This document shows positions 18,150 through 28,549 of a stretch of DNA of 59,494 nucleotides, one piece after another; within the stretch, counting starts at the first letter, position 1, and each line of letters begins with the position of its first letter. The position numbers were made by a program, and so were the translations under genes. This stretch comes from Candidatus Woesearchaeota archaeon. Lineage in GTDB: Archaea > Nanobdellota > Nanobdellia > Woesearchaeales > UBA9642. The notes beneath the pieces were generated by a model. That model searched no databases, was not told the origin of the DNA, and saw only the letters and a list, made by a program, of their open reading frames with translations. The DNA lies in the NCBI GenBank assembly GCA_016928115.1, contig JAFGLI010000006.1:1-59494 (forward strand). The letters are read 5' to 3'.

Positions 18150-18875
18150 ATGGAAGATTTGGACGAAGTTATTAAAAAAGTGGAAGACCAACTATCCTCT
18201 TTCGATTATGGTTTTAAAAGATCCTTAGCCAGAAGTGCAAACAAAGAAAAAAACTCTTTTGAAATCAAAGGACTTGATGAAAGCGAAGAATTTGAATGTC
18301 TTTATTATAGTTTAAAAGGGAAAGAACTTTTGGAAAAAGAGGGAATCAAAACAGATGTTTATTCTGGAAAAGATGAATCTGATATTTGGGAAAATCATTG
18401 TTTCTTAAAAACAGAAGATGGAACAATAATAGATTTTTCACCTCATTACAAAACAATAGGTGCAAAACATAAAGAAGGTAAAAAAATAAGCGAAAAAGAA
18501 ATAGAACAATATGGTGTGTCCCATGAACTAGAACTAAATAATATGATTCCTTTACATCATGACTCTAAATCAAGAAGTTTTTTAAGAATAGGGTTGGGGT
18601 CTAAGGAAACCTATGGCTTCATAAGAGGTATTTTTAAATTGGTTTATATTGATATGTTTAAATATGATACAAATAAAGAAAAATATGTTAAAAAAGAAGA
18701 GATTACGTTGTTATACAAAGGGGGAAAAATAGACAAAACTAAAAAAACACTTAAAAATCTTATTGATAATGGAATATTAGAAATAGAAAGCGAAACTGAA
18801 AATACTAAAGAATTATTTGAAATAGAATCAACCATAGATGATTATGTTGTTAGATTTATTAAAAGGGTTCTTTAA
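18150..18875 (+). CDS. Hypothetical protein with a possible transglutaminase-like Cys-His-Asp triad
   Basis: FECLYYS...ENHCFL...IIDFS. Confidence 0.55.
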   Translation: MEDLDEVIKKVEDQLSSFDYGFKRSLARSANKEKNSFEIKGLDESEEFECLYYSLKGKELLEKEGIKTDVYSGKDESDIWENHCFLKTEDGTIIDFSPHYKTIGAKHKEGKKISEKEIEQYGVSHELELNNMIPLHHDSKSRSFLRIGLGSKETYGFIRGIFKLVYIDMFKYDTNKEKYVKKEEITLLYKGGKIDKTKKTLKNLIDNGILEIESETENTKELFEIESTIDDYVVRFIKRVL

Positions 18876-20651
18876 TCATTCCCATTCTATTGTTGCAGGA
18901 GGTTTATTGGTTATATCATAAAAAACAGCATCTACTCCTTTTATTTTTAGCAATTCTTTAGATATTTTGTTTACTATGTTTTCAGGAATCCTGCTGAAGT
19001 TTGCAGTCATAGCTTCCTTGCTGTCAACCGGACGCAGAATAATGCTTTCTCCCCCATTAACAGAAACAGGAACAAGAACAACAGGCATCTGCCATATTTT
19101 ATTATATATCTTCTCCTCTTTTAATATCTTTTCAACAACAAAATCTGCTTTTTGAAGAAGGTTAACTCTTTCAGAATTTATTGTTTTTTTCAAAAGTTTA
19201 AAATCTCCTTCTTTTTTTCTTATTATTAGTAAAACCCTGTTTATATCAGAAACACTATTGGTCATTCTTGTTGACAATTTTTCCATATAATTCCAATTAA
19301 TTTCAGAGTCTATTACTGCAGGATGTTTATATACTCTGGAATCTCCCTGCACACCCACACTTTTTATTGGAAGAACATAAGATTTCTTAAAAATATCTTT
19401 AACCTTTTTTTCAGTTTCAGAAACATCTTCAGCTTTTTTGTTATTACACAAAATCCTGACAGCTAAACCAGGACCAGGAAATGGGTGTCTTTCGATTAAT
19501 TCTTCCGGAAGGCCCAGTTTTTTACCAATTAATCTTACTTCATCTTTATATAGTTGTGATAAAGGCTCAATAACCTTACCCTTATTAATAAGCTCCTGCA
19601 TCTTCAGAACCCTGTTATGATGGGTTTTTATTAAGTCAGCGTTTTTCGTACCTTTTGTTTCAATTGTATCTGGATATATTGTTCCTTGTGCGATGATCCA
19701 TTCATCCGAGGATAAAATTTTATCAGATTTATCAAATATACTATCAATAAACAAGTTTCCTATAATCTTTCGTTTTTTCTCAGGATCAACAACATTTTCC
19801 AAAGCCTTTAAGAAAGATTCAGATGCATCATATAATTCCAGATTATCAAATCCTTGTTTTTTTAATACTTCTTCAACATTTTTGCTTTCATTTAATCTCA
19901 TAAGCCCAGTATCAATATGCAAACCCAATACTTTATTTTTACCTAATGATTTATTTAGAAGGGTAAACAAAACTGTAGAATCAACTCCCCCGCTTACAAG
20001 AAGAAATACTTTTTTATCTTTTACTTTATCTTTTATATCAGACCTTATTTCCTTTAGATAATTATCCATATTCCATTCTTTTTTACAAGAGCAAATATCT
20101 CCTGCAAAGTTTTCAAGAATTTTCATCCCGTTGGGTGTGTGGGTTACTTCCGGGTGAAACTGTAAACCATATATCTTTTTTTCAGTGTTTTCTACAGCAG
20201 CTATTTTACAGTAATCTGAACTGGCAATTATATCAAATCCTTCTGGTAAATCTTCAACTAAATCCCCATGGCTCATCCAGACTGTTTCTTTTTTTCCTAA
20301 CCCTTTAAATAGCCTGCTTGGTTTTAATTTCACAAGCGCTTGACCATATTCTTTAATTGAACCTTTATTTACTTTACCATTGAGCATATAGGTTATTAAT
20401 TGGTGCCCATAACAAATACCAAGTAGGGGTATGTTTAGATTAAATATTTCTTTTGATATTTTCGGAGATTCTTGTTCATAAACACTTGAAGGCCCACCAG
20501 ATAGTATAATTCCTTTTATATCTTTATTTTTTAAATTAATAATCGGTTCATTATTTTGTACAATCTCTCCCAGAAAACCTAGTCTTCTTAATCTGTTTGC
20601 AATAAGGTGAGCATATTGGCCTCCAAAATCAATTACAATTATTTTATCCAT
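18876..20651 (-). CDS. guaA: GMP synthase (glutamine-hydrolysing), fused form
   Basis: IDFGGQY, GICYGHQ, QFHPEV, SGGVDS, IKTHHN, HPFPGPGL, KPPATIEWE. Confidence 0.97.
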   Translation of the reverse strand: MDKIIVIDFGGQYAHLIANRLRRLGFLGEIVQNNEPIINLKNKDIKGIILSGGPSSVYEQESPKISKEIFNLNIPLLGICYGHQLITYMLNGKVNKGSIKEYGQALVKLKPSRLFKGLGKKETVWMSHGDLVEDLPEGFDIIASSDYCKIAAVENTEKKIYGLQFHPEVTHTPNGMKILENFAGDICSCKKEWNMDNYLKEIRSDIKDKVKDKKVFLLVSGGVDSTVLFTLLNKSLGKNKVLGLHIDTGLMRLNESKNVEEVLKKQGFDNLELYDASESFLKALENVVDPEKKRKIIGNLFIDSIFDKSDKILSSDEWIIAQGTIYPDTIETKGTKNADLIKTHHNRVLKMQELINKGKVIEPLSQLYKDEVRLIGKKLGLPEELIERHPFPGPGLAVRILCNNKKAEDVSETEKKVKDIFKKSYVLPIKSVGVQGDSRVYKHPAVIDSEINWNYMEKLSTRMTNSVSDINRVLLIIRKKEGDFKLLKKTINSERVNLLQKADFVVEKILKEEKIYNKIWQMPVVLVPVSVNGGESIILRPVDSKEAMTANFSRIPENIVNKISKELLKIKGVDAVFYDITNKPPATIEWE

Positions 20652-20758
20652 AAAAATAGAATATTATATTGGTTTATAAAAATTTTCTTTAATATAAATT
20701 TATCGTAAATTAAAAATAAGTAAAATTTATGAATATATACTATTTTGTATAACATAAG

Positions 20759-20982
20759 ATGACTACTTATATCAAAAGGATTCATGAGGAATTAAGTGAA
20801 AAAGCAAAAGAAGCTCTAAAAAAAGCAAGGAAAACTCCTGAATCTAAATATATTGATTTAGAATGAGTTATAAAATAAAATTACATCCTAATGTTAATAA
20901 ATTTCTTAAAAAATGTAATAAGGATTTAGAAAAAAGAATAAAAAAGAAACTAAACTATCACATTAACTCCTTCTGTAACTAG
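20759..20982 (+). pseudogene. Remnant RelBE-like pair: 35-aa antitoxin-like ORF and truncated RelE N-terminus
   Basis: MTTYIKRIHEELSEKAKEALKKARKTPESKYIDLE* (20759-20866) overlaps via ATGA with MSYKIKLHPNVNKFLKKCNKDLEKRIKKKL, which runs into the pmbA 3' end. Confidence 0.6.
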
Positions 20983-22206
20983 ACTTTTGGTATAGATTCC
21001 TTCCCTCTGCTCCTCTTTTCCTGCAAACCCGACTGACTTGTTCAATAAATCCGTTACAGAGCCTGAAATCATAAAATCAGTAACAGGGATTAGCTTATCT
21101 TTATCCTTCAGGTATGCTTTCTGAACATGAACAGAAAAATCCGTTGTTATGCTATCAGATGTATGCGCGCCCATTATAGTGTCTATTATAATGGCATTAT
21201 CAGGCTCTTTGATATTATCTCCTTTAATAATGACATTTGAGAAGTCTATGCCGAAAAGGGATGAATTTGACGTACTTTTTTTATTGTTATGCAGGGCTGT
21301 ATTGTAATCAAATATAACATTTTTAAGGATTCCTTTGCTTATCAAAACAGTTTTCATAGAGGGGGTTCCCTCATAGTCGCATTTTTCTGAATTTATCCCC
21401 CCTTTCAGGGAATTATCATCTATTATTGTTATGTTTTTATCCAGAATCTTTTTATTCATTTTCCCGGAAAACAGGGACTTGTTTTTCTCATAGTTATCTC
21501 CCCTTAAGTTAGGCAGGAAACCATAATTCAACAAAGATACCAAGGCTTTGGGCCTTATTATTACAACATCGGCTTTCTTATTTAATCCGGAAGCCTTCAA
21601 AAATTCCATTACTTTCCGGTTTACATTATCTGCTGTTTTTCCTGCATCAAAAAACTTATTGTCAAAATAATAATCCTCATAATCTGAAATACTGTCTGAT
21701 GAAGATGCCTCTATATTTACACCAAAATTCAAGCCTTCATCAGTAACATCAATATTGTTTGAGTTTATTAGCCTTATTTTGCTTTTATTCAGGATTAATG
21801 AGCCTGAATTCAGGATGACTTTCTTCTTATTGATTTTTTTTATTATTCTCTTCGAGATATTCACCATATCTTTTATATCCATATTCCTTAACTTTGCATC
21901 CTGCCCTGACTTAAATCTGTAAGAACGAGGCTTCGGCAGGCCGTAGAAATACTCCTTTTCAGGGCTGTTTTCAGCTGTTTTTATTGCATTATTTATAAGA
22001 TTATCATCCAGAACAGAGGAATATGAGCTTCCTTCCCGTTTACCAATATAAACCTTCAGAAAAAAGTCAGTTGAATTGCCGTGCCTGAAATTTTTTATAG
22101 ACTTGCCTTCAAAATTTAATTCACAGTTTTCATTAGTTACAGCATTCAGCTGGAAATGTCCTGTTTCCTTTTTCAGCTTTTTTATGTATTTTTCATATTT
22201 TTTCAT
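20950..22206 (-). CDS. pmbA: PmbA/TldE family protein
   Basis: Follows tldD; D.EGTP, GDFS-like TDFS, MISG motifs; no HExxxH. Confidence 0.85.
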   Translation of the reverse strand: MKKYEKYIKKLKKETGHFQLNAVTNENCELNFEGKSIKNFRHGNSTDFFLKVYIGKREGSSYSSVLDDNLINNAIKTAENSPEKEYFYGLPKPRSYRFKSGQDAKLRNMDIKDMVNISKRIIKKINKKKVILNSGSLILNKSKIRLINSNNIDVTDEGLNFGVNIEASSSDSISDYEDYYFDNKFFDAGKTADNVNRKVMEFLKASGLNKKADVVIIRPKALVSLLNYGFLPNLRGDNYEKNKSLFSGKMNKKILDKNITIIDDNSLKGGINSEKCDYEGTPSMKTVLISKGILKNVIFDYNTALHNNKKSTSNSSLFGIDFSNVIIKGDNIKEPDNAIIIDTIMGAHTSDSITTDFSVHVQKAYLKDKDKLIPVTDFMISGSVTDLLNKSVGFAGKEEQREGIYTKSLVTEGVNVIV

Positions 22207-23573
22207 TCTGAGCCACCTACAAGGGCATCCTTCACCAGAACATAAGGATTCCTGCCGTTTACAGGAACCTGCTGTGCATTCTTGCCGCAGAAACCAGGAA
22301 AATCATACTCCCTCTTATCTGAAATCATAATTATATTCTTCAGCAGCTTGAATATATTTCCTGACAAAGAAACCCCTTTTACAGGCTTTCCCAGTTTCCC
22401 GTTTTTTATCAGGTAGCCGTACTGAGCGGAAAAATGGAATGTGCCTTGTGATGTATTAACCTGGCCGCCTTTTGTGCCGTTCAGCAGAACGCCTGATTTT
22501 ACATTTTTTATCAGCTCCTCTCTGGTGTTTTTTCCTTTTTTTATGAAAGTATTTGACATTCTCACCAAAGGCATATTATCTGTGAACTGGGCCCTTCCGT
22601 TGCCTGTTAGTTTCAATCCTGATTTTCCTGCTGTTTCCCTGCTTGCAAGGTAATTTTTAAGAACACCTTTTTCTATTAATAGAGTCTTTCCGGCAGGAAT
22701 GCCCTCATCATCATAAAAATAAGAGCCCCACTCATTACCTAAAGGAGAATCATAAACCGTAACTATATCAGAAGCAATTTTGGTATTTAATCTGTTTTTT
22801 AAGCAGGAATTGTTCTGCAAAACCAAATCAGATTCTGTTGCATGTCCCAGAGCCTCATGTATGAAAACACTTGCAAGCCTTGGGTCCATTATAACATCAA
22901 GCCTCCCTCCTTTTATGTTTTCAGCCTTGAAAAGGTCTTTTAATATCCTCAGTGAATCCCTGTACATAGCAGGATATTTTTTTGTTATCTCATAGCCCCC
23001 CATCATGCCTGTGCCGTGGGAATAGGATTCAGTCCTGGAGCCTTTTTTACCTACAATTACAGACCTTAAAGCAGTGAATGTCATGTCTTGTTTTATTAAT
23101 GAATTCTCAGAGTTCTCGAACAGATTTTCTATATTACTTTCCTCATACTGAAGCTGCATGCTTTTTACTACTTTGTTTGTTATCCTGCTGTTCCTGACCA
23201 CAAAATCTATCTTCTCCTTTAGAGGAATATTATTCGGGTCTGTTTTAAATGAGGATTTTTTATAATCATTAATTTTATGATGTTCTTTTATTTCGGTTTT
23301 CATTGAAGTTTCTTCTGAAAGCAACTTTGCTATTCTTATTGCTCTCTTAACAGTATTCCTTATATCATCATTTAGATTTCCGTATGCAAAACCAAAGGCA
23401 TTTTTATATAATACCCTTACACAATATCCCTCTTTTGTTCCCCGGCTTATTTTTTTAATATGATTATTCCAGCCCAGAATATTTGTGTTTTTTATTTTCT
23501 GAAACCTGAAATCCCAGTAATCTATCCCCTTTTCCTTCAATAAAAATTTATATGGTTTTATAGATATATTCAT
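22203..23573 (-). CDS. tldD: TldD metalloprotease
   Basis: HEALGHATESD, YDDEG, RMSNT, GGQV, C-terminal GFCGK. Confidence 0.92.
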   Translation of the reverse strand: MNISIKPYKFLLKEKGIDYWDFRFQKIKNTNILGWNNHIKKISRGTKEGYCVRVLYKNAFGFAYGNLNDDIRNTVKRAIRIAKLLSEETSMKTEIKEHHKINDYKKSSFKTDPNNIPLKEKIDFVVRNSRITNKVVKSMQLQYEESNIENLFENSENSLIKQDMTFTALRSVIVGKKGSRTESYSHGTGMMGGYEITKKYPAMYRDSLRILKDLFKAENIKGGRLDVIMDPRLASVFIHEALGHATESDLVLQNNSCLKNRLNTKIASDIVTVYDSPLGNEWGSYFYDDEGIPAGKTLLIEKGVLKNYLASRETAGKSGLKLTGNGRAQFTDNMPLVRMSNTFIKKGKNTREELIKNVKSGVLLNGTKGGQVNTSQGTFHFSAQYGYLIKNGKLGKPVKGVSLSGNIFKLLKNIIMISDKREYDFPGFCGKNAQQVPVNGRNPYVLVKDALVGGSE

Positions 23574-23626
23574 AACAACTAGAAGAATTCAGTTCATATA
23601 AAAAAGTTTTGAAAAAAAGAATAAAA

Positions 23627-24682
23627 TCAAAACCTGAAAATCTCACTAAGGTCAATTTTACTCTCAGCCATATCCTCTTTTCTTTTCATATATGGGTTGG
23701 CTTGAGGCTGCCTTGCTGGCTGTTGGGACATCTCCATATTATTTTTGCTATCTTCTTCAGAAGAATCTTCTTCATTGGTGTTATTATCTTCTGCACTGCC
23801 TCTTGTCTCTTCAGCCTTTTCCTCCTGAGACTCATCAGGTTCATCGTTTTCTTCCTGAGCCATATTTACTTCCTCTACCTCTGCCTGTTCTGGATGCGGT
23901 TCTTCTGTTTCTGCATTATTATTTTCCTCGTCAGCACCATCATCAGGCTCAGATATCTCTTCATCTTTTTCTTCTTCATCGCTGTTTTCATCGCTGCCGC
24001 TGTCTTCAGCAGAATTCTCATCTTCCGCAACATTACTGCCTTCTTCAGCAGCACTGCTTTCTGTTTCCTCATTCTCTTGTAGTTCAGGTTTCTCCTCAGG
24101 CATAATATCGCCCAGGGTTTTTCCTTCTGCCTCTTCTGCCAAATGCAGTGAAGAGTGTACTTCAGGAGAAAAATCCTCATTCTCTTTTTGCCCGGAAATC
24201 AGCTCATTCTCTTTTTTTTCAATCATCTTCTCTTCCACAGCCTCTTCCATACTTGGAGGCTCTTCTATATTATCAGCAGTAAGATTATTTTCTTCAGCAT
24301 TTTGTTCTTCTTCAGGCTCTGTTTTTTCAACAACCTCATCATTCTGTAAATCCTCATTCTCATCAGGAGCATCACCCATTTCCTTGTTTTCAGTGTGAAT
24401 CTCAATACTGTGGGGCTCTTGTGAATTATTTATATCTTCCTCGAATTCTTTTCTCACCGTTTCCCTTGCAGCAGCCTCCATATTCTGGTCCATTTCAAGA
24501 GTTCTTTTTTCCTTTTTCCAGCCTCCTTCCATTCTCTTGAAATCATTCATAACCTTTTCACCGGTTCCCAGTATTTCAAGAGCCTTTTGCCTGGCTAAAC
24601 TGTCTGAACATGCAAAACCTGTGTTTTTCAAAGATTCAGCTAATCTCTGCGCCTCAGGACTTAAATCCCCTGTATTTATCAT
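23627..24682 (-). CDS. Highly acidic, largely low-complexity hypothetical protein
   Basis: 351 aa, Glu/Asp-rich; SD GGTGA upstream; ends KIDLSEIFRF. Confidence 0.75.
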   Translation of the reverse strand: MINTGDLSPEAQRLAESLKNTGFACSDSLARQKALEILGTGEKVMNDFKRMEGGWKKEKRTLEMDQNMEAAARETVRKEFEEDINNSQEPHSIEIHTENKEMGDAPDENEDLQNDEVVEKTEPEEEQNAEENNLTADNIEEPPSMEEAVEEKMIEKKENELISGQKENEDFSPEVHSSLHLAEEAEGKTLGDIMPEEKPELQENEETESSAAEEGSNVAEDENSAEDSGSDENSDEEEKDEEISEPDDGADEENNNAETEEPHPEQAEVEEVNMAQEENDEPDESQEEKAEETRGSAEDNNTNEEDSSEEDSKNNMEMSQQPARQPQANPYMKRKEDMAESKIDLSEIFRF

Positions 24683-24801
24683 TATACATCACCTTCCATT
24701 TGTTTTAAGTTATATTAATATATAAAAGCGTATACTAATATATTTTAGTACATTAAATGTTATTTAAAGTTTTCGTTTTTACAGAATATAAATCAGAGAT
24801 A

Positions 24802-25827
24802 TTACATAACCTTAAAATCAACACAGACTCTGTAGACATAAGGTGCATAATCCCCGCATTTTTCTGTATGGAGAATTTTGCATTTCTTGTTTTCTTTTTT
24901 ACAGATTTTCTTTATTTTTTTATGTATTTCCTTAAACTCTTTTTCAGTTCCGAAATCATAGAAATGTATCACTGTTCCTTTTTTAGATGCATTTAATGCT
25001 GTATCCAGAAAATCCTTACCTGTTTTAGGCAAAGGCATTAAAATCCTGTCAAACTTCATATTTAATTTAGGGACAACCTCTTTTACATCTCCTAAAAATA
25101 GTTTTATGTTTTTTGATTTGTTCAGTCTTATATTCTCAATTCCGTATTTATGCGCAGCGGGATTCAGCTCAACCCCATATATTTCTTTTGCTTCTGTGTT
25201 TTTGGAAATTACTAAAGGATAAGGCGCACAGCCTGAGAACATTACCAATACAGTTTCACCTTTTTTAATCATATTAGCTATTCTTTCTCTTTCGTGAGAC
25301 AATCTTACTGAGAAATAAACCTTTTCAACATCCAGTTTTATCCTCACATTGTTTTCCCTGTATATTGTTTCTTTAGTTTTTTTCCCTGCAATATATTTCA
25401 TATTCTGGGTTCTGAATTCCCCTGAATGAATGTCTGCTTTCTTAAGGACTGTTTTTATCTTAGGGTTTATTTCCAATAATGTTTTTCCTATTATTTTTTC
25501 TTTTTTTTCTAATCCCTCAGGGATTTCCATTACAGCTATATCTCCTATAATATCATAGCTGTTAGGAGCTTCTTTAAGCTCATTTTCAGATAGTTTCCCT
25601 TTCAAAGCCTCTTTCAGGTTAGAAATGATTTTGTTTTGCTTTTCAAGTTTCTTTTCAGTAAACCATATATCTTCTTTTGCTCTTATTATATGAAACCTTT
25701 TTTTTATAGGAAGAAAAATAAAGCCTTTTTCTTTTTTGATTTTATAATCCTTATTATATAAACTATTCTTGACGAGATAATCTTTCCATTTTTCCGCTTT
25801 TCCCAGAGGGACTTTTAATGCTAGCAT
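24802..25827 (-). CDS. trm5: Trm5-family tRNA (guanine-37) methyltransferase
   Basis: YDIIGDIA, GEFR, VYFSVRLSHER, ELNP, FDRILMPLP. Confidence 0.9.
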   Translation of the reverse strand: MLALKVPLGKAEKWKDYLVKNSLYNKDYKIKKEKGFIFLPIKKRFHIIRAKEDIWFTEKKLEKQNKIISNLKEALKGKLSENELKEAPNSYDIIGDIAVMEIPEGLEKKEKIIGKTLLEINPKIKTVLKKADIHSGEFRTQNMKYIAGKKTKETIYRENNVRIKLDVEKVYFSVRLSHERERIANMIKKGETVLVMFSGCAPYPLVISKNTEAKEIYGVELNPAAHKYGIENIRLNKSKNIKLFLGDVKEVVPKLNMKFDRILMPLPKTGKDFLDTALNASKKGTVIHFYDFGTEKEFKEIHKKIKKICKKENKKCKILHTEKCGDYAPYVYRVCVDFKVM

Positions 25828-25831
25828 TTTT

Positions 25832-26860
25832 TCAGAAAAACTTATTGAGTGACTCTTCTTTGGGCTTGTTTTTTTGCAGATCTTTTAATCTCTTCCTGAT
25901 TCTCTCTTCTGAGAAATCATGTTTTTTTACCATTAAGTCTACGACTGCCTCTTCATCAATGCCTTTAAATTCGATATTATAATCAACAACAACACCCATA
26001 TTTTTTATAAGGCCAAAGATTTTTTCCCAGCCGAAATCAAAATCCCAATTATCTTTTATTTCATTGAAAATACCATCAAAATCTTTTCCTTTGTCTTTTA
26101 TTAATTTAAGGGCTTTTTTAGGCCCGATTCCTTTTATGCCCCCTCGATTATAATCTGTGCCCATCAGTATTCCCATAAATATCAACTGGTCCTGGTCAAT
26201 CCCCATCTTGTTGAGGTTCTTATCCAGAGAAATAAGCTCGGGCTGTATTGTCTCATACACTAATTTATTAGATTGTTTTCTTTTTTTGGTTATTGTAAGG
26301 TTCTTTATTATTTTTGGAGCTCCAAACATTAAGGAATCAGCATCCTGGCTTAACACTGCATAAGCATCTCCTTTTTTCACCATATATGCTGCCTGCGCCT
26401 CACCTTCTGAAGGAGCCTGAACAACAGGAAATCCTAGGGCTGTTATTAATTCTTTAGAACTTTTTATAATATCATTAGTTATTATGGATGTTCTCGAGGC
26501 ATATTTTTTCATTCTTTCCATGTCCTTTTCTTTTTTAGCCTCTTCATATTTCTTTTTGGCATCTATTTTTATTTCTTTTCTGTGCTCCCTTTCCTTGTTT
26601 TTCAGTTCAGGTGCTTTGCCGTCAAAAACAAAAACAAACTTTATGTCATTCTCCATTAGTTTTGTGAATCGATTGAATAATCCTGATAAATGGCTTGTTA
26701 TATTATTGTGCGAATCCATGAGCAAAGAGCCGTCTCTCTGCCTTATGGTTGTCAGGAACATATAAATCTGGTTAAATGTATCTACGACCAGAACCTTATC
26801 CCTTAAGCTTTCAAGATTTAAAGCTGTTGTTTCCATCAGCTCAGTTATCCTGCTCCCCAT
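25832..26860 (-). CDS. fen: Flap endonuclease 1
   Basis: FLTTIRQRDG, TSHLSGLF, APSEGEAQAA, GTDYN, GIGPK; C-terminal PIP-like EESLNKFF. Confidence 0.97.
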   Translation of the reverse strand: MGSRITELMETTALNLESLRDKVLVVDTFNQIYMFLTTIRQRDGSLLMDSHNNITSHLSGLFNRFTKLMENDIKFVFVFDGKAPELKNKEREHRKEIKIDAKKKYEEAKKEKDMERMKKYASRTSIITNDIIKSSKELITALGFPVVQAPSEGEAQAAYMVKKGDAYAVLSQDADSLMFGAPKIIKNLTITKKRKQSNKLVYETIQPELISLDKNLNKMGIDQDQLIFMGILMGTDYNRGGIKGIGPKKALKLIKDKGKDFDGIFNEIKDNWDFDFGWEKIFGLIKNMGVVVDYNIEFKGIDEEAVVDLMVKKHDFSEERIRKRLKDLQKNKPKEESLNKFF

Positions 26861-26861
26861 T

Positions 26862-27737
26862 TTAGATATTCTCCCTTATGATTATTCCTTTTAGCTCATT
26901 CTCAGCCATTTCCTTTGCCTTTTTCGTTATCTTTCCTGTTGTAAGGAACAAAACAGGCAGTTTCTTGGTCTGTCCTTTTATATAGACGCTTGACAGGTCA
27001 CCGTCATTGCAGCTCTTCTTCTTTTTTGCCTTACAGTAATATTTAATCCTGCCCAGACCTGAAGGCACATTTACAATAAAATCAATCTCTGTCTTTCTTA
27101 TTATTTCCTTTTCAATAACCTCTATGTTCTTTTTTCCAAAGAAATCTATTATTGTGTTCATGAACTCAGACTGTGTTTTTTCAGGCTTTTTCTTCTTTTC
27201 CTCTTTTTGTTCTTTTTTTGTTTCCTCAGGAACTACTTTGACTATTTTCTCCTGTGTTTCCTTTTTCTCAGGCTTTTTCTCTCTAATTTCTTTCATATAC
27301 CTATCCTGAATTATTCTCTTTGCATCTTCATTTGAAAGCTTGTAATACTTCCAGAATATCTCTTTTTCATCTGTTAGCTGAACCTCAAGAGGTTTTGCAA
27401 AATCTTTTATTTCTCTTAAACTTGCCCTTACCTGTGGAGGATATTCTCTATCTCTTATTATTCCTTTAGTTTTTATTAATTCATAGCTGTTTTTATGAAT
27501 GGTTTTTAAATATTTAGACAAATCATCAAGCCTGAATTCCTGCTCAGGTGTATAGTAAAACGGGCTTCCTCCTAATTTTAATTTAGTTACTCTTATTTTT
27601 CCCTCTTTTTGCAGGTCATTTAATATGGCTCCTATCAGAAAAGTGTCCCCGCCCACTGCCTTTGTTATTCTTGCAGGTATGGTTGGGCCTGTCTGCTGGA
27701 CTATTCTTAAAACATCTTCTTGGGGAATATTTTTCAT
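26862..27737 (-). CDS. Conserved hypothetical protein (wHTH-like N-terminus, possible degenerate PD-(D/E)XK C-terminus)
   Basis: KLKLGGSPFYY; EIDFIV...YYCKAK...DL; contiguous with fen. Confidence 0.65.
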   Translation of the reverse strand: MKNIPQEDVLRIVQQTGPTIPARITKAVGGDTFLIGAILNDLQKEGKIRVTKLKLGGSPFYYTPEQEFRLDDLSKYLKTIHKNSYELIKTKGIIRDREYPPQVRASLREIKDFAKPLEVQLTDEKEIFWKYYKLSNEDAKRIIQDRYMKEIREKKPEKKETQEKIVKVVPEETKKEQKEEKKKKPEKTQSEFMNTIIDFFGKKNIEVIEKEIIRKTEIDFIVNVPSGLGRIKYYCKAKKKKSCNDGDLSSVYIKGQTKKLPVLFLTTGKITKKAKEMAENELKGIIIRENI

Positions 27738-27823
27738 ATTAGTTCTAAAAATGGCTGAATGTTTATATAATTTATTATTTGTTTTGTATAATTAATACTT
27801 ACATTGTAAGTATAAGAACAAGA

Positions 27824-28492
27824 TTATAAACGCATCCATCTTATTTCATAATAAGTAACATCAGCTTCATCATCCACTATTCCTATTAATAATTTCTTTC
27901 TTGTTGAGTGTGCAACCCTGTTTTTTGCAGCAAACTCATGCCATGTTAATGTGGAGCCTTCACTTACAGGATAAACTATCCATTTGGCATGCTCTTCTCC
28001 TGGTTTAATGCCTCTGTCATATACTCTAAAATCAGCTCCGAATTTAAGGGCTGTTTTTACAATATAGCCTCTGTTTCTTATATCTTTAAAGACACAGTAT
28101 CGGGTCCAGAAATTAGGCTCAGCTTTTTTTGCTTTTTTAAGAAAAGTTTCAAACCTTATTTTTCTATTATTTGTACTCACAATATTCAGCTTGCCTTTTT
28201 CCATTAGATATAGTCCTTCAAGCAGAGACAACTGCAATTTGCCATTATCAAGTATCTTACCGAACCTGTTTTTGTTGTAGAAGTTTTTTGCCTCATCAGA
28301 ATCATCTGTGACTATTTTTTCTTTTATGAAAACTGCTCTAACCTTGTTTTTTTGTGATTTTGCCCTGACTTCCTTTACTTCTAATTTTTCAGGGATTTTT
28401 TCAACTAAATCATCAAGTTCTGTGGCTTTAGAAACTTTTTTTTTCTTTTTAGTGGATGTTGATTTTTTAGTTTTGGATAATTTTTTTGTCAT
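27824..28492 (-). CDS. endA: tRNA-splicing endonuclease, single catalytic unit
   Basis: LSLLEGLYL, KFGADFRVY, EEHA, RVAHSTRKK (Tyr/His/Lys triad). Confidence 0.95.
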   Translation of the reverse strand: MTKKLSKTKKSTSTKKKKKVSKATELDDLVEKIPEKLEVKEVRAKSQKNKVRAVFIKEKIVTDDSDEAKNFYNKNRFGKILDNGKLQLSLLEGLYLMEKGKLNIVSTNNRKIRFETFLKKAKKAEPNFWTRYCVFKDIRNRGYIVKTALKFGADFRVYDRGIKPGEEHAKWIVYPVSEGSTLTWHEFAAKNRVAHSTRKKLLIGIVDDEADVTYYEIRWMRL

Positions 28493-28549
28493 ATATCCTA
28501 AGAAGAAATATGCTATTTATATAATTTATGATTTAGAATAGAGAATAGG

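Noticed and set aside
23609-24349. Several long opposite-strand and alternate-frame ORFs (also over P0, S19e, S4 and S3)
   Set aside because: Shadows of Glu/Lys-rich low-complexity coding sequence, which lacks stops on the other strand
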